DNA from: Minisyncoccota bacterium
GTDB lineage: Bacteria; Patescibacteriota; Minisyncoccia; Phycocordibacterales; SW-6-46-9
NCBI GenBank assembly: GCA_040905385.1
Contig: JBBDRP010000002.1
Location: 149,337-213,336, forward strand
Reading direction: 5' to 3'
Length of the DNA stretch: 64,000 nt
The translations under genes and the position numbers were made by a program. The notes under the pieces were generated by a model. The model was not told the origin of the DNA, searched no databases, and saw nothing but the letters and a program-made list of their open reading frames with translations. Positions 57,668-64,000 of this stretch are shown here, piece by piece (position 1 is the stretch's first letter; each line of letters begins with the position of its first letter).

Positions 57668-58761
57668 AAATACTTTATTTAATAACAGGGTTACATACTG
57701 GTGGAGCTGAAATGCTGATACGGGATATTTGTGAGCGAGTCGATAAAGATACATTTGAAATTATTGTGGTATCTGTGCTACCAATTGGAGAAATAGGAGA
57801 TCAGATCAAGAGAGCAGGAACGAGAGTGATCAGTCTAGACGTCGCCTCTAAATTTAACCCGCTATCTTTTTGGAAATTACGTAGAATTTTAAAGACAGAA
57901 AAACCAGATATATTACATACGCATTTATTCCATGCTGATATTTTAGGAAGAATTGCTGGCTCACTTACTAGGATCCCCATTAATATTTCAACAATTCACA
58001 ATATGGAGTTTGGTGGCTCAATACGTGAGCGGCTCCTTCGTTGGACTCGATCACTAGTTGATAAGAATATTGCCGTATCGAAGATGGTAGCTGATAATGC
58101 GGTAAAAAAGGGAATAGTTAGTAAAGACAAGGTGCAGGTAATTTATAATGGAATTGATTTAGAAAAATTCCCAGATAAAAACAAAAAAGAGATGAGAGAA
58201 AGGCTTAATATTCCACAAGAGATGGAGGTATTTGTCTCTGTGGGTAGCCTGACACAACAGAAGGGGTATCAATATTTGATTCAGGCTGTGGATTCCATTG
58301 AAGCACAGGCGTTGTTTATCATACTGGGCGAAGGAGCTGAGCGTGAAAAACTAGAGATACAAATAAAAGAGCATGGTCTCCAGGGGATAGTAATATTGAA
58401 AGGTAACGTCGATAATGTAAATGAGTATCTACAAGCTGCTGATTACTTCGTCATGCCGTCGCTTTGGGAGGGCTTTTCTGTTGCCTTACTAGAGGCAGCG
58501 TGGGCTGGAAAGATTATCATAGCTACGGATGTCGGTGGTAACGGGGAGATAATTAAGGATGCTGAGACTGGTTTTCTGATTCCATCGAAGGACAGTAAAT
58601 CACTGACCAAGAAGATCAATAACGTTCTTTCACTGCCTGCAGAGGAAAAGAATCACATTAGTCAGCAAGCCCAAAAAGCCGTAAAGGAAAAATTCTCTAT
58701 AAACAACATGGTTGAAAAGCATGAGAGGGTATATCTTGAGTTAGATAAAAAATATGAATAA
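57664..58761 (+). CDS. Glycosyltransferase family 4
   Basis: N-terminal KILYLITGLHTGGAE; C-terminal EGFSVALLEAAWAGKIIIATDVGGNGE. Confidence 0.8.
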   Translation: MKILYLITGLHTGGAEMLIRDICERVDKDTFEIIVVSVLPIGEIGDQIKRAGTRVISLDVASKFNPLSFWKLRRILKTEKPDILHTHLFHADILGRIAGSLTRIPINISTIHNMEFGGSIRERLLRWTRSLVDKNIAVSKMVADNAVKKGIVSKDKVQVIYNGIDLEKFPDKNKKEMRERLNIPQEMEVFVSVGSLTQQKGYQYLIQAVDSIEAQALFIILGEGAEREKLEIQIKEHGLQGIVILKGNVDNVNEYLQAADYFVMPSLWEGFSVALLEAAWAGKIIIATDVGGNGEIIKDAETGFLIPSKDSKSLTKKINNVLSLPAEEKNHISQQAQKAVKEKFSINNMVEKHERVYLELDKKYE

Positions 58762-59863
58762 AAAAATCAAAATTACATGGGTTACTATTTTTCCGCATCC
58801 TATCTATACTTTCATCTTAAATTCTTTAGGTAAGCAATCTAATTTAGACCTGACAGAGGTTATTCTTTCAGAGAATGTAAAGAAACAAGACTCAATGAAA
58901 CGTAGTTTTAAAACAATACCAACAAATGTACTAATGCCGTTTGGATTAAAGAATCTTAGATATATTAAGAATATTAAAAAAGTTTTACATAAAGAAAATC
59001 CAGATAAAATAATATTAAATCTGTATATCAGCCTTTATTCTATTCAGGTTTATTTGTTTGCAAAGAGGCAAAACAAAGATCTTATATTAGTATCTGAATT
59101 TAGGAATCCAGATAGAAAAGTCAAAAAAATACTCTTTTCTATTTGGAATTTTATTATTGGTAAAAAAATTATTAATTACAGTAAAAGAGTCTTGACCTGG
59201 AGTAAAGATTCCCAAAAGTTTATGCAAGATATCACAGCTGATAAAAGCAAGGTTAAGTATCTTCAGCCTGGAATTGATACTAATTTGTTTTATTCAAAAT
59301 CGAGTGACGAAATTCGTCTAAATGAACCGATGCAGTTACTTATGGTTGCAAGATTCATTCCCGTTAAGAATCATGCAGTATTAATAAAGGCACTTACTAA
59401 AATTCTATCTGAAAATAATAATATTGATATTACAGTGACTTTTCTTGGCGGTGGCCAATTGCGAGATGAGATTGAGAATAAAGTCAAAAAACTTGATTTA
59501 AGTGATAAAGTAAAATTTTTAGACAGAGTCCCTTATGAGAAAATAAGAGAAATTTACAATGAACACGATGTGTTAGTTTTACCAAGTAAAAAAGAAGCAG
59601 TTGGTATGGTAGTGCCGGAAGCAATGGCATGCGGCACGCCGGTAATCGTGTCTGATTCTGTTGGTGCCAAAGACTACGTTGTTGAAGGTCAGAATGGTTT
59701 TGTATTTAAAACTGGTGACCACGAAGAGTTAGCCGAAAAGATTTTGCGGATGTCTAAAATGGACCTGAATAAAATGGGTAAGCATGCCGCTAATCATATT
59801 CGAGAAAATTATGAAGCAGGAGAAGTCGCGGATCGATTTTATAATATTATAACCAAAGATTAA
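58754..59863 (+). CDS. Glycosyltransferase family 4
   Basis: C-terminal VGMVVPEAMACGTPVIVSDSVGAKDYVVEGQNGF. Confidence 0.75.
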   Translation: MNKKIKITWVTIFPHPIYTFILNSLGKQSNLDLTEVILSENVKKQDSMKRSFKTIPTNVLMPFGLKNLRYIKNIKKVLHKENPDKIILNLYISLYSIQVYLFAKRQNKDLILVSEFRNPDRKVKKILFSIWNFIIGKKIINYSKRVLTWSKDSQKFMQDITADKSKVKYLQPGIDTNLFYSKSSDEIRLNEPMQLLMVARFIPVKNHAVLIKALTKILSENNNIDITVTFLGGGQLRDEIENKVKKLDLSDKVKFLDRVPYEKIREIYNEHDVLVLPSKKEAVGMVVPEAMACGTPVIVSDSVGAKDYVVEGQNGFVFKTGDHEELAEKILRMSKMDLNKMGKHAANHIRENYEAGEVADRFYNIITKD

Positions 59864-59951
59864 ATGGAATCTCCCTTACAGAAGATTACAGTCATAATCA
59901 AAATTTATAAAATCTTCCCTGTAACGTTTTATGATTTTTTCAGTTAAGTCG

Positions 59952-60602
59952 TCAGTGTAGTAGCTTCCGATATCCCGCTTTTTTTCTGTAGTGTTCATTC
60001 TGGGGGGGGGGTGTGAGGTTAAATTTATTTATGATTGGCTCTATATCTTCTTTGAAGTTTTCTACTTTTCCTACATAATCTACCTTATCTTTTCCATTTG
60101 GGTATATTGTATATGTTTGAGGGGTAAAATGACCATCAGCATACCAATTTGGTATCATGCATACTTTCTCAGCAAATTCTACGAAAGGCATTTTGGGATA
60201 AAATATACCAAAATAATTTTCGTGCATATTCCAATAATATTCATCATGTATTTTATTTTGATAGCAAGAAACGAGACGAGTAAATGGATTTCGTGAGAAA
60301 GCAAAAACGAAGATATTTTCTGTATTAATACTTAAAAATTCTCTTTTAGTTAAATTAAGATGTTCATCTTTGTATCTATGGATAGATTGGTAGTCATCTG
60401 GATCGTAAGGAAGTCCAAGTTTATCAAAAAACATTCGATTTATACTTGTGTTGGCATTCTTAAATACCGAAATAAATATAACCCCTAATTCTTCATAATA
60501 CGTATATGTTTTCGGAGCATTTAAACCCAACAGAGATTGCGATAACTTGTATAAACTACGAAGCGTTCTACGAGTTGTCGATTGTTGTTTATATTGATTC
60601 AT
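59952..60602 (-). CDS. Carbohydrate sulfotransferase-like protein (Sulfotransfer_2 type)
   Basis: 3'-PB-like motif FAFSRNPFTRLVSCYQNKI and a 5'-PSB-like ISVFKNANTSI; contains a C10 (G10 on the plus strand) tract encoding PPP 17 codons from the stop. Confidence 0.55.
   Translation of the reverse strand: MNQYKQQSTTRRTLRSLYKLSQSLLGLNAPKTYTYYEELGVIFISVFKNANTSINRMFFDKLGLPYDPDDYQSIHRYKDEHLNLTKREFLSINTENIFVFAFSRNPFTRLVSCYQNKIHDEYYWNMHENYFGIFYPKMPFVEFAEKVCMIPNWYADGHFTPQTYTIYPNGKDKVDYVGKVENFKEDIEPIINKFNLTPPPQNEHYRKKAGYRKLLH
60002..60011. repeat. G10 homopolymeric tract inside the coding sequence of the sulfotransferase-like gene
   Basis: gggggggggg seen directly in otherwise AT-rich DNA. Confidence 0.9.
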
Positions 60603-60712
60603 ACTTACATAATAGGCTAAATTCGCGGTAAATACGAGTAAAATTGCGAAGTCGCAGATCGATTTTATAAACTAATAAACGACCAAGGCTAGACTTTTAA
60701 CGCAGTTATTAG

Positions 60713-61990
60713 TTATATCTTTCTAAAGTAGTAAAACTCCATAATGCTTTGGAGAGCCTTACCAGCAATCATTGCTATCACTGCTCCGAGAATTCCGTAT
60801 AGAGGAATCAGGGAAGCCAGGAGCGCTATCTTTAAGATTGGCGGCACAGTCTTTATCATATACAGAGCCTTCTTTTTTACCTCTCCGACAAGAGCTGTAT
60901 TTAACAAAGAGAAAGGAAAGGCCAAAAGCATTAAGCTTAATATTTGAAAGTATACAACTGACTCAATGTACTGTGGGAAAGCTAGTCGGTAAATGAACGG
61001 TGCTATCAAGATCAACCCTGCAGTGATGGGGATCATGATAATAAGCAATCGCCAAAACTTATCCATAAGCCCGGCTTTCTTTTCATCGCTCATGTTGCCG
61101 TCACTTAGCTTCGGCAGGGCGAGGGTCGGGATAGGAACAAGGCTAATGAGTTTATTTATCGGCAGGATTGAGAACGAGTAGATGGCAACTTGTGCTGGTC
61201 CCATGAACTTCCACATCAGTACTCTGTCTAGCTCGTTGGAGGCAATGCTGATAATCCGCATAATAGTCAGACTTTTTCCATATGGAACTGTTTCCGGATC
61301 CTTGTCGTTGTTTTCGATCTGTCTTTTTGTTAGTACGTAGAATAAATAATTAAATACTGCGTAACTACCAAAAAAAGCTCCAACTATATAGATAACGTTG
61401 TTGGTTAGATAAATTGTGCTAATAAGAATGATCGTTGCTAGAACGGAAGAGTATATAGAGTATTTTGAGTAGACATTAAATTTTTTATTGCCGTTCCAGT
61501 ATGAAGAGAAAACTGTAGATGCATATTTGAGCGAAATAAAAATACCACCAACCAGAAATGACCAACCGAGAAGAGTGTTAGCATTGAAAAAGTACCATCC
61601 GGATACCATGAGCATTCCCAGCGATGCTAGCAAGCCCCAGGAGAGTTTTGCTCTAAAGGCCTCAACTAAAGAGCCTTCCATGTTCTTTGCTACACTTTTG
61701 GTAAGGGCGGTGTTGACGCCCGGTAGAGTAAAGATAGAAAGTATTCCGGCTACAGATAAAATGAATTGATACGTTCCGAATTCTTCTTGAGGTAGCCAGT
61801 TGGCAAAGGCCAGCATTAGTAGAAAGGAGGTTGCGATAGACGCTCCTTTAGCGATCGTTAACCAGAAGCCACCTTTGGCCACATAAAGCATATCTGTCTT
61901 GGCGTATTTTTGTGACTTCTCCAGTATTTTTTTTATCTTATCCTTCATTTTAGTTATACTTATTGTACTGTATGAGTTGTGTAAAATCAT
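60713..61990 (-). CDS. Polysaccharide/oligosaccharide flippase (Wzx-like, MOP superfamily)
   Basis: 425 aa with about 12 predicted TM helices; position in the glycosylation cluster. Confidence 0.65.
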   Translation of the reverse strand: MILHNSYSTISITKMKDKIKKILEKSQKYAKTDMLYVAKGGFWLTIAKGASIATSFLLMLAFANWLPQEEFGTYQFILSVAGILSIFTLPGVNTALTKSVAKNMEGSLVEAFRAKLSWGLLASLGMLMVSGWYFFNANTLLGWSFLVGGIFISLKYASTVFSSYWNGNKKFNVYSKYSIYSSVLATIILISTIYLTNNVIYIVGAFFGSYAVFNYLFYVLTKRQIENNDKDPETVPYGKSLTIMRIISIASNELDRVLMWKFMGPAQVAIYSFSILPINKLISLVPIPTLALPKLSDGNMSDEKKAGLMDKFWRLLIIMIPITAGLILIAPFIYRLAFPQYIESVVYFQILSLMLLAFPFSLLNTALVGEVKKKALYMIKTVPPILKIALLASLIPLYGILGAVIAMIAGKALQSIMEFYYFRKI

Positions 61991-62002
61991 TATTTAATTA
62001 GT

Positions 62003-62698
62003 ATGTATGTAGAAATAATCGGAGCTGAAGGCGCTGGAAAAACCACTGTATCCTTGCGAGTAAAAGAAATTCTTATCGAGGAAGGGACTGACTGTGCTTT
62101 TATGGAGTCTTTATTTTCTCGGAGGAGTCTACTCTCTAAGTTTTTTCGTGCTTTGTATTTGTTGCGCTTCTTCAAGTTTTCGATGTTGAGGATTTTTTCA
62201 ATAAGGAAATCGAGTAAGCCGAAATACCAAACAAGCTTCAAAAAGAATGTGAAGGATATCTATCTGTATCTTTCTATGCGTCATCACATTTCTTCTATAG
62301 AATCAAAGTCTAAGGAAGGAGTGGTATTGAGTGATCACAGCATTTTGATACGGTTAGCAACCCTTGTGTGCAAATCGGTGATACGTGAAGAAGAGGCGGT
62401 TAATATTGCTTTAGGCCTCATTCCTCAGAAAACTCTTTTTATCTATATGAATACGCCACCGGCAGATATTATGGATCGGCACAAGGAAAGAGGAAGGGAT
62501 TCAAAGCTTGTTCAGGATCTAAAAGATAGAGAGGAGAAACTTTCTGAGCTAAAAAAGTACAATGAAGTTATTGATAATATTTTGGAAAAGATCTGCTACA
62601 CTCGAGATGACCATTGCGTTACTCTTGATGGAAGAGTAACGGTAGAGACTAATGCTCACGATATCGTACAAAAAGTTACAGACTTACTGAAGCAGTGA
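62003..62698 (+). CDS. P-loop kinase-like protein (paralog of 56984-57667)
   Basis: MYVEIIGAEGAGKTTVSLRVKEILIEEGTDC Walker A. Confidence 0.5.
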   Translation: MYVEIIGAEGAGKTTVSLRVKEILIEEGTDCAFMESLFSRRSLLSKFFRALYLLRFFKFSMLRIFSIRKSSKPKYQTSFKKNVKDIYLYLSMRHHISSIESKSKEGVVLSDHSILIRLATLVCKSVIREEEAVNIALGLIPQKTLFIYMNTPPADIMDRHKERGRDSKLVQDLKDREEKLSELKKYNEVIDNILEKICYTRDDHCVTLDGRVTVETNAHDIVQKVTDLLKQ

Positions 62699-64000
62699 TG
62701 GAAAAGCAAAAACAACAAGATTTAATAGAAAAGTTATCAAAAGGAACTGTTGAGTTTTATAGCTATCAAGATGACTCGCTACCGGATATAGTGACTGACA
62801 ATCATGGTGTGAGCGTTTTTGTAAATAAAGAGGCGGCTGAATCTATCCAAGTTAATAAAGATTTATTGAGAACCTATTCTGACTTATCAGAGATTTATCG
62901 CAGTACTGCTGATATATGTTTTCTAGACGGGAAAGCAAAACGAGTTTTACTGGCTAAGTTTCCCGATAGCTGTGAGTATGTCTTGCTTCGATTGAGTATA
63001 GACGTGGATTTACTAGTAGCCCTGCCGGGACTGTTGCGGCGATATATGAAAGGAAAAGTGGCGGTGCTAGGGAAGCTTATTTTGGATACAAAAGACGGCT
63101 CGCAGTCCTGGCTGGTTATTAAACCACGCAATAAACAAGGAAATTCCACTGGTGGGTTTTCTATATCAAAAGAAGTTGGTGTGCAGGGTCTGCTTGAATA
63201 TCTAAGAGAGGAAAGGGTTAACTACGTCGTGCTGAGATTTTATGACGACCTTCCGAATCTTCACCGTGATGGAGGTGACATGGATCTTCTCGTTGCCGAT
63301 GAAGACAAAGAAAAGGTTGCTAAGTTTCTTGTGGATAATCGGGGTGAGATTCCGGTCGAAATTTTCTCGGTTTCTGATCCAAGCTATAGGGGTATTACGT
63401 ATTACCCGCCACCATTGGCAAAGGAAATTCTAGATAATTCAGTGGATGGACCAGCTAAGTCTCGCATTCCGGCACCAAAGGAAGCGTTTTTAAGTTTGGC
63501 ATATCATGCGTTGTATCACAAAGGTTTTGACGCCGGTATTCGGAGCAAAATTTCTCCGGACAAGGTGAATAAAAAACCTAAGAATGATTATGCTGCTAAA
63601 CTTTCTGTACTAGCTAGCACATCAGGAGTTGACATAGATATAACCATGGAGGACTTGGATGAGTATCTGGCGGAAGCTAGTTGGCGCCCCAAGCTGGATA
63701 CGTTAGCAAAAATTAGTTTTAAGAATAAATGGGTCTGGGAGAGATTTTTCTCTGATAAAAAGTCTGAGGAAATTGGTCTGGGTGTGTTTATTATTAAGAA
63801 AAAAGCGTTAAAAGAAGATCTGCATAATGAAATTGTAGCGGCTATTGAAAAGGAGAATTTTCTAGTTCTTGATCAAAAGAAGTTTAACGAAGACGAAAAA
63901 GAGCATGTCACGAAGCATCTAAGGGGAGGTAACTGGACTCAGCATAAAGCTGGAGATGATTTCCTTCCGGCCGCAGCGGTTGTTGTGCTGGATCCCCATG
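62698..64000 (+). CDS. Nucleotidyltransferase-like protein (GGDMDLLVADEDKEKV motif), partial with the 3' end outside the window
   Basis: ATG at 62698 overlaps the preceding stop in TGATG. The open frame runs to the window end and is not in the provided ORF track because no stop is reached. It shares the DxDLLV...DKE motif with 55548-56999. Confidence 0.5.
   Translation, partial: MEKQKQQDLIEKLSKGTVEFYSYQDDSLPDIVTDNHGVSVFVNKEAAESIQVNKDLLRTYSDLSEIYRSTADICFLDGKAKRVLLAKFPDSCEYVLLRLSIDVDLLVALPGLLRRYMKGKVAVLGKLILDTKDGSQSWLVIKPRNKQGNSTGGFSISKEVGVQGLLEYLREERVNYVVLRFYDDLPNLHRDGGDMDLLVADEDKEKVAKFLVDNRGEIPVEIFSVSDPSYRGITYYPPPLAKEILDNSVDGPAKSRIPAPKEAFLSLAYHALYHKGFDAGIRSKISPDKVNKKPKNDYAAKLSVLASTSGVDIDITMEDLDEYLAEASWRPKLDTLAKISFKNKWVWERFFSDKKSEEIGLGVFIIKKKALKEDLHNEIVAAIEKENFLVLDQKKFNEDEKEHVTKHLRGGNWTQHKAGDDFLPAAAVVVLDPH

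Overview
This is a gene-dense window from a small bacterial genome that uses the standard genetic code (TAG, TAA and TGA all terminate confident genes). Its composition suggests a Candidate Phyla Radiation / Patescibacteria (Saccharibacteria-like) organism, inferred from monoderm-style type IV pilus content, many small secreted hypothetical proteins, LTD and GDSL surface proteins, and short or leaderless 5' UTRs.

Contents, start to end:
- Housekeeping genes: ssrA (tmRNA) with smpB, ftsH, tRNA-Ile, recG, a MutY-like glycosylase, tRNA-Ser.
- A LAGLIDADG homing endonuclease next to comFC.
- A complete secretin-less type IV pilus/competence cluster: pilM, pilN, pilO, an unnamed membrane gene, pilB, pilT, pilC, pilA, pilD, and four minor pilins.
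- A run of secreted or membrane hypothetical proteins, and a GIY-YIG gene interrupted by an in-frame TAG.
- More housekeeping genes: ligA, an M16 peptidase, gatC, gatA, tRNA-Thr, pyk, alr, murD, a Nudix-like gene, murC, rsmI.
- A locus with a duplicated, covarying ~80-nt element upstream of two genes, one of them a VirD4/TraD-like ATPase fused to an S1 domain.
- An LTD surface protein.
- A low-GC glycan-modification island from about 53.9 kb to the window end, containing GT4 and GT2 glycosyltransferases, a CmcI-type methyltransferase, three paralogous P-loop kinase-like proteins, two nucleotidyltransferase-like proteins, a sulfotransferase with a G10 tract, and a flippase.

Intergenic DNA is unusually rich in recurring hairpin repeats, several placed immediately upstream of -10 boxes. 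No rRNA, CRISPR array or reverse transcriptase was seen.
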